Source of the DNA: Bauldia sp. | Lineage (GTDB): Bacteria > Pseudomonadota > Alphaproteobacteria > Rhizobiales > Kaistiaceae | DNA: 64,000 nucleotides | Direction: 5' to 3' | Assembly: GCA_035651055.1 (NCBI GenBank) | Contig: DASRGK010000107.1 | Coordinates: 2,524-66,523, forward strand | Shown here: piece after piece, positions 8,454-18,005 of the stretch | How positions within the stretch are numbered: the first letter of the stretch is position 1 | How the letters are laid out: every line of letters begins with the position of its first letter | Program-made: the position numbers and the translations under genes | The notes under the pieces: model-generated | What the model was told of the DNA's origin: nothing | Databases searched by the model: none | Seen by the model: the letters and a program-made list of their open reading frames with translations, nothing else

Positions 8454-9458
8454 ATGGCGCGATTGAGGCGGAGCGGCGGACAATCGGCTGCCTCGGAGGA
8501 CAGTTCGCTCCGCATCCGCGCGGCCTGGCTCTACTACAACCAGGGCCTGACCCAGAAGCAGGTCTCGGAGCGCCTCGGGATCAGCCGCGGCACCGCGATC
8601 CGCGTCCTCGGCGAGGCGCTCGAACGCGGCGACGTCCAGATCTGGATCAACGAGAACGAGGCCGAGTGCGCCGAACTGGCAGTCCGGCTCGAAACCGCCT
8701 TTTCGCTCGACGAGGCGGTCGTCGTTCCTTCGCCGGGCGGCGAAGCCGCCTCGAAGGCAGTAGGTCTCGCCCTGGGCAAGCTGCTTTCCGAAGCAGTGAC
8801 CGACAACATGACCATCGGCGTCGGCTGGGGCCGCACGCTGACGGCGTCGCTGGCAAGTCTCCGGCCGGTCCGCCGCGACGGGGTCAAGGTCGTCTCGCTC
8901 CTCGGCGGTGTCGTCGAGGCCCGCGGCAGCAATCCGCTCGAATATAGCTGGCGGATGGCCAGCCAGTTCGGTGCCGACTGCTATTTGTTCATCGCCCCGG
9001 CCTTCGTCGATTCGGTCGCGACCAAACGGCGGCTGATCGAGAAATGCGGCCTCGACAAACTCTACGCCCTGGCGCAGAAGCTTGACCTCGCCGTGGTCTC
9101 GGCCGGCGACATCAACCTGCGCTCGACGTCGCTCGCCGCCGGCCTGCTCGCCCCCGGAGAACTGGAGGAGCTGGTGGAGCTTGGCGCCGTCTGTGACGTG
9201 CTCTGCAACTTCCTCGACGACGAGGGCAAAAGCGTCCCGCACGCCCTCAACCGGCGCGCGATGAGCGTCGAGCTCGACGACCTGCGAAACGCCCGGCACG
9301 TCGTCATCGCCACCGGCGGCGCCCACCGCGTCGCGGCAATCCGCGCCGCGATCAGGCGGATCGGCTGCAACACGCTCGTCACCGACGAGGCGGCCGCCCG
9401 CGGGCTGCTTGCCGGCGAGTCCGGCCGGCGGCCGGCGGCCCGGACTTTCTCGGACTAG
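8454..9458 (+). CDS. SorC/DeoR-type sugar-binding transcriptional regulator
   Basis: The ATG at 8454 follows GGGGGAAGG. The HTH LTQKQVSERLGISRGTAIRVL is followed by a SorC-type sugar-phosphate-binding domain (IGVGWGRTL...VVSLLGG...HVVIATGGAHRVAAIRAAI). Confidence 0.8.
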   Translation: MARLRRSGGQSAASEDSSLRIRAAWLYYNQGLTQKQVSERLGISRGTAIRVLGEALERGDVQIWINENEAECAELAVRLETAFSLDEAVVVPSPGGEAASKAVGLALGKLLSEAVTDNMTIGVGWGRTLTASLASLRPVRRDGVKVVSLLGGVVEARGSNPLEYSWRMASQFGADCYLFIAPAFVDSVATKRRLIEKCGLDKLYALAQKLDLAVVSAGDINLRSTSLAAGLLAPGELEELVELGAVCDVLCNFLDDEGKSVPHALNRRAMSVELDDLRNARHVVIATGGAHRVAAIRAAIRRIGCNTLVTDEAAARGLLAGESGRRPAARTFSD

Positions 9459-9463
9459 CGCGA

Positions 9464-10927
9464 ATGTTCCTCGGCATCGATATCGGGACCACGGCGGTCA
9501 AGGCGATCATCGTCGACGGCGACCAGCAACTTGTCGCCGCCGCGACCCGCGAGCATCCGACGGCGCGGCCGCAGCCCGGCTGGAGCGAGCAGAATCCGGA
9601 CGACTGGCTGGCCGCCGTCCGCGGCGCGCTCGTCGAACTGCGCACGGCTGCGGCGAACGCTTACGCCGCCATCGAGGCAATCGGGCTTTCCGGTCAGATG
9701 CATTCGGCGGTGCTTCTCGGCGCCGACCTCCGCCCGGTCATGCCCGCGCTTCTGTGGAACGACAGCCGCGGGACCGACGAGTGCGCCGAACTGACCCGGC
9801 GCGCACCCGGGCTCGCCGCGGTCACCGGCGTCCAGGCGATGGCCGGATTCAGCGCGGCGAAGCTGCTTTGGCTCGGCAAGCACCGCGCCGCGGATTTTGC
9901 CCGGATCGCCCATGTGATGCTGGCCAAGGACTATGTCCGCCTGTGGCTGACCGGCGAAATCGGTTCCGACATGTCGGACGCCGCCGGCACCCAGCTCTTC
10001 GACGAGGCAAACCGCAAATGGTGGCCGGACGCGGTCGCCGCGGTCGGGCTTCGCGACGGCCACATGCCGCCGCTCCACGAAGGACCGGAGGTTGCCGGGC
10101 GGCTGCGGGCCGAGCTGGCCGCCGAACTCGGACTCACCGCCGGCCTGCCGGTGGCAGCCGGCGGCGGCGATGCCGGGACCGGTTCGCTCGGCGTCGGCTG
10201 CATCGCGCGCGGCGAGGGCTTCGTCTCGCTCGGCACCGCGGCGGTCTTCGTCGTCGCCGACGACCGTTACGCACCCAGGCCCGAGACGATGCTGCACAAC
10301 TTCGCGCATTGCCTGCCGCGGCGCTGGTACCAGATGGCCGGCATGCTGAACGGCGCCAGCGTCGTCCGCTGGGCGCTCGACATCATCGGGGAGACCGACA
10401 TTGCTGGGCTGATGCGGAAGGTCGAAGCGCGCTACCGCGGCCCCTCGCACGTCCTCTTCCTGCCTTACCTGACCGGCGAGCGGACGCCGCACAACAATCC
10501 CGACGCGCGCGGCGTCTTCTACGGCCTCGCGGCCGGGACCGACAAGGTCGACCTGATGCAGGCCGTGCTGGAGGGCGTCGCCTTCTCGCTGAAGGATGCG
10601 CGGAACTGTCTGATCGCAGCCGGCGCCGATTGCCCGCGACCGGGGTTCCTCGGCGGCGGATCGCGCAACCGCCTTTGGGGGCAGATCATCGCCAGCGTGA
10701 CCGGACTGACCCTGATCCCCTACCGCGGCGCCGAGTTCGGACCGGCGCTGGGCGCCGCGCGGCTGGCTATCATGGCAGCGACGAATGCCGGTATCGAGGA
10801 GGTCGGCCGCAAGCCCGAGGAAGGCGAGCCGATCGCGCCCGACATGGCGATGCACGAGCTTTATGCACCACAATACGAGCGCTATCGCGAACTCTACCGG
10901 TCGGTGGCGCCGCTCTTCCAGGGATAG
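9464..10927 (+). CDS. xylB: FGGY-family carbohydrate kinase, xylulokinase-like
   Basis: 487 aa: MFLGIDIGTTAVKAIIV...GWSEQNPDDWL...LSGQMHSAVLL...LPYLTGERTPHNNP...GGGSRNRLWGQI. This is the typical XylB/FGGY pattern. Confidence 0.8.
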   Translation: MFLGIDIGTTAVKAIIVDGDQQLVAAATREHPTARPQPGWSEQNPDDWLAAVRGALVELRTAAANAYAAIEAIGLSGQMHSAVLLGADLRPVMPALLWNDSRGTDECAELTRRAPGLAAVTGVQAMAGFSAAKLLWLGKHRAADFARIAHVMLAKDYVRLWLTGEIGSDMSDAAGTQLFDEANRKWWPDAVAAVGLRDGHMPPLHEGPEVAGRLRAELAAELGLTAGLPVAAGGGDAGTGSLGVGCIARGEGFVSLGTAAVFVVADDRYAPRPETMLHNFAHCLPRRWYQMAGMLNGASVVRWALDIIGETDIAGLMRKVEARYRGPSHVLFLPYLTGERTPHNNPDARGVFYGLAAGTDKVDLMQAVLEGVAFSLKDARNCLIAAGADCPRPGFLGGGSRNRLWGQIIASVTGLTLIPYRGAEFGPALGAARLAIMAATNAGIEEVGRKPEEGEPIAPDMAMHELYAPQYERYRELYRSVAPLFQG

Positions 10928-10961
10928 GCAACGTCGCGGCGCCGCGGCGAACAGGCCGGGG

Positions 10962-11954
10962 CTATGCCGTTTCGTTCACCACCAGTTCCACGTCGAGGCG
11001 CACAACCGCCTCGTCGATGTCCTCGCCGCTGGTCAGCGCCACCGCCATCTCTGCGGAGCGCTTACCGGCCTCCCGCCGCGGCAGTGCAACGTAAGTGAGC
11101 GGCACGGGCAGGTACTGGCCGAGTTCGACCTCACCGACGCCGACGACGGCGACATCGTCGGGGATGCGGCGGCCGAGTTTCAGGAGGCGCAGAATGACCG
11201 CAGCCGTCCAGATCTCGCCGCCGACGACGAGCCCGTCGAACTGCCTGCCCGAGGCGAGCAGGCGCTCGAGCCCGTTGAGGCCGTCATCGATCGAATGCTC
11301 GACTTCGGCGCAGAGCGCATCGTCCGGCCTGAGCCTCGCTTCCTGCATGGCCTGCCGGTAGCCGTTGAGACGGTCGCGGGCATTCGAGGTCGTCCGCACG
11401 TGGCCGCAGATGATCGCAATCCGCCGCCGGCCGATTTCGATCAGACGGCGGGTCGCGAGGTAACCTGCCTCGTGGTCGGAATGGCCGACGGCGAAGTGGA
11501 TCGGCGAGGCGGGCAGATTGCCCACTTCGATCAGCGGAACCGGGAGGGATTCGAGGAGCTTCCTCGTCTTCGGCGTATGGCCGATGGACGGCAGAAGGAT
11601 CGCCTGGACGCGCTGCGACAGGAGCGAGCCGAGCGCATAGGGCTCGCGGGCGCGGGCGTAGTCGATCGTCTGCAGGATGTAGTCGTAGCGGTGGCTCTCG
11701 AAGACCAGACGCGCCGCGTCGACAAAGCCGAGATAGATCGAGTCCTGCAGGGTCGGCAGGATGATGCCGAAGGCGCGCGAGCGTTGCGAGGCGAGGCTCG
11801 ATGCGGCCTTGTTGTGATAGTAGCCCATCTCCGCCGCGACCGAGAGAATCCGGTCGCGCGTCTCTTTCCGGATCGAAGCGGATTCCAGGAAGGCGCGGGA
11901 GACCGTCATCTGCGAAAAGCCGCTTCGCCGCGCGACATCGTCCATGGTCGGCAT
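10962..11954 (-). CDS. LacI-family transcriptional regulator (LacI-1)
   Basis: The internal ATG at 11954 gives MPTMDDVARRSGFSQMTVSRAF (LacI HTH) followed by a periplasmic-binding-fold domain. The ATG at 11945 is an alternative start. Confidence 0.85.
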   Translation of the reverse strand: MPTMDDVARRSGFSQMTVSRAFLESASIRKETRDRILSVAAEMGYYHNKAASSLASQRSRAFGIILPTLQDSIYLGFVDAARLVFESHRYDYILQTIDYARAREPYALGSLLSQRVQAILLPSIGHTPKTRKLLESLPVPLIEVGNLPASPIHFAVGHSDHEAGYLATRRLIEIGRRRIAIICGHVRTTSNARDRLNGYRQAMQEARLRPDDALCAEVEHSIDDGLNGLERLLASGRQFDGLVVGGEIWTAAVILRLLKLGRRIPDDVAVVGVGEVELGQYLPVPLTYVALPRREAGKRSAEMAVALTSGEDIDEAVVRLDVELVVNETA

Positions 11955-12062
11955 CGGGCGCGCTTCCCAAGGGGCGCGCGACTCAATGCCTTTGGTGCCT
12001 GACCGGCTCGTTGCGGATTTGGCCATGCGGAGATCAGGGCGTCCGGCCATGCGGACGCGGCA

Positions 12063-12896
12063 TCAGTCCCAATGCGGAACCCATTGCGGTTCGTTGATCA
12101 GCCGGGAGTTGGGGACGGTCATCTGGCTTATCTGATCCATTTCCTGCTTCGTCAACCGGAAGTCAAAGACGTCGAAATTCTCTTTCAGACGCTTGCGATT
12201 CGAGGTGCGCGGGATCGCGATGACGCCGTCCTGCTGGACCAGCCAACGGAGCGCCACCTGGGCGGCGGTCTTGCCATGCCGGCGGCCGATTTCGACGAGG
12301 CGCTCGTCGCGCGCCGCCTTGCCGAGGGCGATGGGGCAATAAGCCGTGATCGCCAGACCGTGCTTGCGGATTGCGGCGATCAGACGGGCCTGTTCAAGGT
12401 ATGGGTGATACTCGATCTGCGCGGCGACGAGCGGCTCGGAGATTGCCGCCATCGCCTTCTCCAAGTGCGCGATGGTGAAGTTGGAGACGCCGATGTGGCG
12501 GGTGAGACCACGCCGCCTTGCATCGGCGAGCGCGTGCATTGTCTCGGTGAGATCGATCTCGGGGTTCGGCCAGTGAACAAGGAGAAGGTCGATGACATCG
12601 ACCTTCAGGCGCCGGAGGCTCGCTTCGGCGGATTCCTGCAGAACGCCCGCGCCGAGGAGCTGTGGCCGCACCTTGGTGGTGATGAAGACCTCGCCGCGCG
12701 GCACCTTTGACCGGCGGATGCCCTCGCCCACCGCCTCCTCGTTGGAGTAGCCCTGCGCAGTGTCGATGTGACGAAATCCGACGGCAAGCGCCTCGGCGAC
12801 GATGTCGGCGCAGGTTTCGCCCCGCAGTTCCCACGTCCCGCAGCCGATCTTCGGTATGCGCGCGCCCTTCACTGCCACCACGTCGCCGTCGTCCAC
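12063..12896 (-). CDS. Aldo/keto reductase (2,5-diketo-D-gluconate reductase-like)
   Basis: 277 aa: IGCGTWEL...FRHIDTAQGYSNEEAVG...FITTKV...LLVHWP...GVSNF. The AKR catalytic Asp/Tyr/Lys/His context is visible. Confidence 0.85.
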   Translation of the reverse strand: MDDGDVVAVKGARIPKIGCGTWELRGETCADIVAEALAVGFRHIDTAQGYSNEEAVGEGIRRSKVPRGEVFITTKVRPQLLGAGVLQESAEASLRRLKVDVIDLLLVHWPNPEIDLTETMHALADARRRGLTRHIGVSNFTIAHLEKAMAAISEPLVAAQIEYHPYLEQARLIAAIRKHGLAITAYCPIALGKAARDERLVEIGRRHGKTAAQVALRWLVQQDGVIAIPRTSNRKRLKENFDVFDFRLTKQEMDQISQMTVPNSRLINEPQWVPHWD

Positions 12897-12944
12897 TGCT
12901 GCCTCCCGATCGCGGCCGCACCGCGGGGCGTTCGTCCCGCAGCG

Positions 12945-12996
12945 ATTTTGTTTGCGAAAACATCATCGCATGGTACGATGTTTACGCAACCAAAAT
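12945..12996. promoter_or_regulatory. 52-bp imperfect inverted repeat (20-nt arms, 2 mismatches, 12-nt spacer)
   Basis: ATTTTGTTTGCGAAAACATC (12945-12964) pairs with GATGTTTACGCAACCAAAAT (12977-12996). It lies in the divergent region between the AKR-LacI operon and the 13113 ABC operon. Confidence 0.4.
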
Positions 12997-13049
12997 TCAT
13001 TGCTGGCGGAATCGGTCGGTCGCCCGGTCGCAAATCACTGCCAGGATGA

Positions 13050-13065
13050 AGGAAAAGCTTTTCCT
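13050..13065. promoter_or_regulatory. 16-bp perfect palindrome AGGAAAAGCTTTTCCT (candidate LacI-type operator)
   Basis: Perfect dyad. It ends 47 nt before the ATG at 13113. The identical 16-mer recurs at 27345-27360, and a 14-bp core recurs at 27403-27416. Confidence 0.55.
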
Positions 13066-13112
13066 CGGGCCTGTGCCCCTGGATCAGCGCAGAAACGAAC
13101 GGGAGGGACGCA

Positions 13113-14123
13113 ATGAAGAGAATGATGCCTTGGTCCTGCGGCGGGCTCGCACTGGCCGGACTTGCCGTACTCGCCGCCATGCCGGCAGAGGCGGCCGGAA
13201 AGAAGGTCTGCTACGCCTTCCAGGATCTCTCGACCGGGTTCTGGGGCGCCGGCCACGCGGCCATCGTCGATACGCTGAAGAAGAACGGCGTCGAGGTGGT
13301 CGAACTGAACGGCGGCAAGGACGCCAACCGGCAGCTCGAACAGGTGAAGGACTGCATCGCGCAGGGTGCGGACGGCATCATCCTCACCGCCGATGACGGC
13401 GATTCCGAAACGATGCTGGTTGCGCTCGCGCAGGAGGCCGACGTGCCGATCGCGACGTTCAACCGGCCGCCCTCGGACCTGTCCAAGGGCATCATCGTCG
13501 TCGCCGACAACGAATCGGTCGCCCGCCAGGCGGTCGAAGCGATGATCGTTCAGGCCGAAGCCAAGTTCAAAAAGACCGGCAAGAAGCTGCATCCGCTGAT
13601 CCTCGTCGGCGACCTGGCCGACCCGAACGCGGTGAAGCGGCGCGAAGGCTTCATGAACGCGCTGAAGAGCCACGCCGACCTGTTCGAAACGCCGGTCGAG
13701 ATCAACACCAAGTGGAACTCGCAGGTGGCATTGGCGGGGCTCGAAGCGGCCGTCACCGCCGATCCGAACATCGACTTCATCTTCACATCGTCGGACTTCC
13801 TCTTCCCGACGATCCAGGGCGTTCTGGAACCGCGCGGCAAGTGGAAGAAGTCGGGCGACGACAACCACGTCATCCTCGGCGGACTCGACGGCGACGACGG
13901 CGCCTGCAAGCTAATCCGCGAGGGCTACGTGGATTCGACAGGCGTCCAGGACGTCTATCTCGAAGCAAAGCTCGCGCTCGACAGCATCCAGGACGCCATC
14001 GCCAAAGGTGAAGCGCGTCCGAACGGAGTAAAGCTCGACCCGGGATTTGCGCTCTCGCAGGCGAATTACGCCGAGAAGGGGCCGACGACCTGGGGCTGCA
14101 TGGTTCTCGACGCGAAGAAATAG
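13113..14123 (+). CDS. Periplasmic sugar-binding protein, ribose/CUT2 type
   Basis: GGGAGGGA RBS. The signal peptide MKRMMPWSCGGLALAGLAVLAAMPAEA is followed by a type-I periplasmic binding fold (KVCYAFQDLSTGFW...GADGIILTADDG). Confidence 0.85.
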   Translation: MKRMMPWSCGGLALAGLAVLAAMPAEAAGKKVCYAFQDLSTGFWGAGHAAIVDTLKKNGVEVVELNGGKDANRQLEQVKDCIAQGADGIILTADDGDSETMLVALAQEADVPIATFNRPPSDLSKGIIVVADNESVARQAVEAMIVQAEAKFKKTGKKLHPLILVGDLADPNAVKRREGFMNALKSHADLFETPVEINTKWNSQVALAGLEAAVTADPNIDFIFTSSDFLFPTIQGVLEPRGKWKKSGDDNHVILGGLDGDDGACKLIREGYVDSTGVQDVYLEAKLALDSIQDAIAKGEARPNGVKLDPGFALSQANYAEKGPTTWGCMVLDAKK

Positions 14124-14141
14124 ACGACGGCAAGGAAACGG

Positions 14142-14169
14142 ACCGGGCGGGCGGTTCGTACCGCCCGGT
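14142..14169 (+). terminator. GC-rich hairpin directly after the binding-protein gene (attenuator/mRNA stabiliser)
   Basis: ACCGGGCGG-N10-CCGCCCGGT, a 9-bp perfect stem 19 nt after the stop. There is no strong T-tract. Confidence 0.4.
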
Positions 14170-14198
14170 TCAACTCGCTTCGCAGTCTAGCCGGAACC

Positions 14199-15380
14199 GT
14201 GGACGTGGGCGGAGACAGCAGATCGCCGGCGCACGAGCGTCTTTTCGAAGCCGCGGCGATCGCACGCGACAGCCGAGGAAGCATAGTCAACTTTTTTCGA
14301 AGAATTCTTCTCTCGGAATATTTTATCCTGTACCTGACGATTTTCTATTTTCTTTCGATGGCCGCGATCTTTCCGGATCTGGCCACTCCACGGAACATCA
14401 GTAACCAGCTTTCCAACGTATGGCCGCTTCTCGCGGTCGCGACCGGTCAGACGCTGGTCATCATCATCCTCGGGATCGACCTAAGCCAAGGCGCCATAAT
14501 GGGTTTTGCCAGCGTTGCCGGCGGATTCGTCATGGCGACGGCGGCAGACCCCAACCTCCTCGGCGGGAGCCCGCTATGGGGCACGGTGCTCACGGAGGGC
14601 GGCGGATGGCTCGCGGGACGATCCGGATCGGTCCTGATCGGTGTCGGATTGATGCTGGTTGTCGGCGGATTGGTGGGCCTGATCAACGGCTACTTCATCG
14701 CCCGTTTCCGCATGCCGGCCTTCATGGTGACGCTGGTCTCGCTGATGCTCTTCTCCTCGGCAGGCATCTGGCTCACGCAATCGCAGAACATCGTCAACCT
14801 GCCGCCGGAATTCACCCAGCTCGGATCGGGCGACCTCGTCTCCTTCTATTTCGGCGAGAAGGTCGAGGCGACGATCAAGCGGCGCGACATCCTCTCCTTC
14901 CTCACCTACCCGATGGTGATCGCGCTGGCGCTCGCCGTCGCGGTCGAGATCATGCTGCGCTTCAGCGTACTCGGCCGGTACATCTACGCCATCGGAATGA
15001 ACGCGAAGACCGCCGCGATCTCGGGCGTACCGGTGCGGCGCGTGATCATGGTCGTGTTCGTGCTCTCCGGCCTTTGCGCCGCCGTCGCCTCGATCCTCTA
15101 TTCGGCCCGGCTCGGCGGCGGCCGTCCGACGATCGGCGCCGGCGCGGCCCTCCTCGACATCATCGGAGCGACGGTGATCGGCGGGACCAGCCTCAGCGGC
15201 GGCAGGGGCAAGATCGTGTGGACGCTGATCGGCGTGGTGTTCTTCGTTCTCCTCGGCAACACGCTCAACTACATGGGCCTCTCCGCCTTCTACATCGACG
15301 TGGTGAAAGGCGGGATCATCCTCGCCGCGGCGGCGCTCGACGTAGCGCGCAACCAGCTGCTCGCAGGACAGGCGGCATGA
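14199..15380 (+). CDS. ABC sugar permease (ribose-type, first of two)
   Basis: Polytopic protein with GQTLVIIILGIDLSQGAIMGF and GGTSLSGGRGKI blocks. The start is uncertain (GTG at 14199 or 14205), and no ATG lies upstream of the first TM segment. Confidence 0.75.
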   Translation: MDVGGDSRSPAHERLFEAAAIARDSRGSIVNFFRRILLSEYFILYLTIFYFLSMAAIFPDLATPRNISNQLSNVWPLLAVATGQTLVIIILGIDLSQGAIMGFASVAGGFVMATAADPNLLGGSPLWGTVLTEGGGWLAGRSGSVLIGVGLMLVVGGLVGLINGYFIARFRMPAFMVTLVSLMLFSSAGIWLTQSQNIVNLPPEFTQLGSGDLVSFYFGEKVEATIKRRDILSFLTYPMVIALALAVAVEIMLRFSVLGRYIYAIGMNAKTAAISGVPVRRVIMVVFVLSGLCAAVASILYSARLGGGRPTIGAGAALLDIIGATVIGGTSLSGGRGKIVWTLIGVVFFVLLGNTLNYMGLSAFYIDVVKGGIILAAAALDVARNQLLAGQAA

Positions 15381-16894
15381 GCGGACCGGCGATCCTCACG
15401 CTTGCCGCAATCGCGAAGGCGTTCGCCGGCATCCATGCCGTGCGCGACGTATCGCTGGCCGTCGGCCGCGGCCGGATTCTCGGCCTCGTCGGCGAGAACG
15501 GCGCCGGTAAGAGCACGCTGATGAACATCATCGGCGGCGTGGTCCGGCCGGATGGCGGCACGATGCTTCTGGACGGCGCGCCCTATGCGCCGGCAAGCCC
15601 CGGCGAGGCCAGCCGGGCCGGCATCGCCTTCATCCACCAGGAGCTCAACCTCTTTAGCAACCTGACCATTGCCGAGAACATCTTCCTCAACGATTTTCCG
15701 CAGCGGCGCTTTGGCCCGTTCTCACTCATCGACAGAGCCGCGGTCGCCCGGCAAGCCCGCGCCCTCCTCTCCGAGGTCAGCCTCGACCTGCCGCCCGAGA
15801 CACCCCTCGACCGGCTTTCGCCGGGCGAGCGCCAGCTGGTCGAAGTCGCCCGCGCCCTCCGGCTCGACGCCCGTATCATCATCTTCGACGAGCCGACGAC
15901 GTCGCTGACCGCGCGCGAGACCGAGCGGCTGTTCGCGCTGGTCGCGCGCCTGCGCGAAGCCGGCAAGTCGGTGATCTACATTTCCCATATCCTCACCGAC
16001 GTGGCGGCGCTCGCCGACGACATCGCCGTGCTCCGCGACGGCGCGCTGATCGAAGCCGGCGCCAAGGCGCAGTTCCCGATCGCCCGCATGATCACACTGA
16101 TGGTCGGACGCCCGATCGACCAGCTTTATCCGCCGCGCAAGTCAGCGCCGCAGGCCGCGGTCCTGCTCGAAGCCATCAGCCTCGGCGCGACCGGCATCAT
16201 CAGGGACGTGAGTTTCGCGCTCCATCGCGGCGAAGTGCTCGGCATCTTCGGATTGATGGGCGCCGGGCGCACCGAACTCGCCCGCATCCTCTTCGGCCTC
16301 GACAGTCACGAGACCGGCGAAATCCGCGTCGAGGGCCGCCGGCTGCCGGCGCGCTCGGCGCGCGCCAGCATCCGCAGCGGCATCGCCTTCATCACCGAGA
16401 ACCGGCGCGAAGAAGGCCTCCTGATGAACGGCACGGTTGCCGAGAACATCGCCCTCGCCGCGCTGCCCAGGCTCGCCATCACCCCGGCCGAGCTGATCGA
16501 GCAGGGCCGCATCCGGAGCGCCGCCGGGGCGCTCGCCGAGGCGCTCAACATCAAGACGGCGTCGCTCGACGCGCCGGCCAAGAGCTTGTCGGGCGGCAAC
16601 CAGCAGAAGGTCGTCCTGGCGAAATGGCTGCTCTGCCGGCCCTCGGTCTTCATCATGGACGAGCCGACGCGCGGCATCGACGTGGGCGCCAAATACGAGA
16701 TCTACTCGATCATCGACCGGCTCGCCGGGGCCGGCGGCGGCGTGCTTTTCATCTCCTCGGAACTGGAGGAACTGCTGGCGGTCTGCGACCGCATCCTGGT
16801 GATGAGCCGAGGCGAGATCGTCGGCGAATTCGCTAGAGCCGGCTTCGACCGCGGGCGCGTGCTGGCTGCGGCCTTTCGCGAGGCGGCCGCATGA
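15377..16894 (+). CDS. ABC sugar transporter ATP-binding protein, duplicated NBD
   Basis: The ATG at 15377 overlaps the preceding stop (ATGA). Walker A is GENGAGKST, the signature is LSPGERQ, and a second NBD carries LSGGNQQK. 505 aa. Confidence 0.9.
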   Translation: MSGPAILTLAAIAKAFAGIHAVRDVSLAVGRGRILGLVGENGAGKSTLMNIIGGVVRPDGGTMLLDGAPYAPASPGEASRAGIAFIHQELNLFSNLTIAENIFLNDFPQRRFGPFSLIDRAAVARQARALLSEVSLDLPPETPLDRLSPGERQLVEVARALRLDARIIIFDEPTTSLTARETERLFALVARLREAGKSVIYISHILTDVAALADDIAVLRDGALIEAGAKAQFPIARMITLMVGRPIDQLYPPRKSAPQAAVLLEAISLGATGIIRDVSFALHRGEVLGIFGLMGAGRTELARILFGLDSHETGEIRVEGRRLPARSARASIRSGIAFITENRREEGLLMNGTVAENIALAALPRLAITPAELIEQGRIRSAAGALAEALNIKTASLDAPAKSLSGGNQQKVVLAKWLLCRPSVFIMDEPTRGIDVGAKYEIYSIIDRLAGAGGGVLFISSELEELLAVCDRILVMSRGEIVGEFARAGFDRGRVLAAAFREAAA

Positions 16895-17937
16895 ACCGCG
16901 CCCTCTACGACCGCGTCAGCGGCTACCTCCTCCGCCATGCGGCGGCGATCATCTTCATCGTCGTCTTCGTCTATTTCGGGCTCGCCGCCGACAATTTCCT
17001 CAGCGCCGAGAACTCGCTCAACATCATCAAGCAGGCTTCGTTCACCGGCGTCATCGCCGTCGGCATGACCTTCGTCCTGCTCACCGCCGGAATCGACCTC
17101 TCGGTCGGCTCCAACATGTACGTGTCCGCCATGACCGTCGGCTATCTCCTGCAGATACCCGGCCTGCAGGGCGGTTTCGGCGTCCTTGCCGGGATCGTCG
17201 CCGGCCTCGCCACCGGCGCGCTTTTCGGCGCGATCAACGCCGCCTGCATCGTCTATCTCAGGATCACGCCGTTCCTGGTGACGCTTGCCACCATGGTCGC
17301 AGGCCACGGGCTGGTGACCGCGATCACCCAGTCCTTCGGCCTCGACTATCCGGCGGCGTTCACGTCCTTCGGCGCGGCCTCGATCCTCGGCATACCGATT
17401 CCGGTGGCGATCTTCGCCGCCGTGGTCGCCGCGGCCCATATCGTGCTGACGCGCACGCCCTTCGGCCGCCAGCTCTATGCGGTCGGCAACGATGCCGAGG
17501 CGGCGCGCAAGGCCGGCATCGCGACCGACCGGATCATCTTCTCGGTCTATGTGATCTCCGGACTCTGCGCGGCGCTCGGCGGGGTGACGCTGATCGCGCT
17601 GGTCGGGCGCCTCAACCAGACATTCGGCGTCGGCAAGGAATTCGACGTGATTACTGCGGCAGTGCTCGGCGGAACCAGCCTCTTCGGCGGCGTCGGCACC
17701 GCCTTCGGCGCAGTCATTGGCTCGGTTCTCGTCCAGATGGTCCAGGCCGGCATGGTCTTCGTGAAGGTCAACCTCTACCTGCAGCCGATGGTGCTGGCGG
17801 CGGTGATCTTCATCGCCGTCTTCTTCGACAGCCTGCGCGGCGCGCGGCTGGAGAAACTGAAGCGCCGATTCATCCGCATGGACGCGCCGAACGAGCCGGG
17901 CGCTTCCGCCGGCAAGGAAATCGCCAACCCACCATGA
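16891..17937 (+). CDS. ABC sugar permease (ribose-type, second)
   Basis: 348 aa. The ATGA overlap with the ATPase stop suggests coupling. Blocks: GIDLSVGSNMY and GGTSLFGGVGT. Confidence 0.85.
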   Translation: MNRALYDRVSGYLLRHAAAIIFIVVFVYFGLAADNFLSAENSLNIIKQASFTGVIAVGMTFVLLTAGIDLSVGSNMYVSAMTVGYLLQIPGLQGGFGVLAGIVAGLATGALFGAINAACIVYLRITPFLVTLATMVAGHGLVTAITQSFGLDYPAAFTSFGAASILGIPIPVAIFAAVVAAAHIVLTRTPFGRQLYAVGNDAEAARKAGIATDRIIFSVYVISGLCAALGGVTLIALVGRLNQTFGVGKEFDVITAAVLGGTSLFGGVGTAFGAVIGSVLVQMVQAGMVFVKVNLYLQPMVLAAVIFIAVFFDSLRGARLEKLKRRFIRMDAPNEPGASAGKEIANPP

Positions 17938-18005
17938 CGCAGAGCCTACCCCGCCGGCCCCGCACGCGGCCGGCGGACAACAAAACCAAGCGGGAGGAAA
18001 GAAGC

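Noticed and set aside
9409-11094. 561-aa (+) and 472-aa (-) ORFs overlapping xylB
   Set aside because: These are alternative or antisense frames of a well-supported FGGY kinase gene. Their composition is extremely Arg/Pro/Gly-rich, and no motif is recognisable.
14280-14400. Locally AT-rich patch that might suggest foreign DNA or an internal promoter
   Set aside because: It encodes the Phe/Ile/Tyr/Leu-rich first transmembrane helix of the permease (SEYFILYLTIFYFLSMAAIF). Amino-acid composition explains the base composition.
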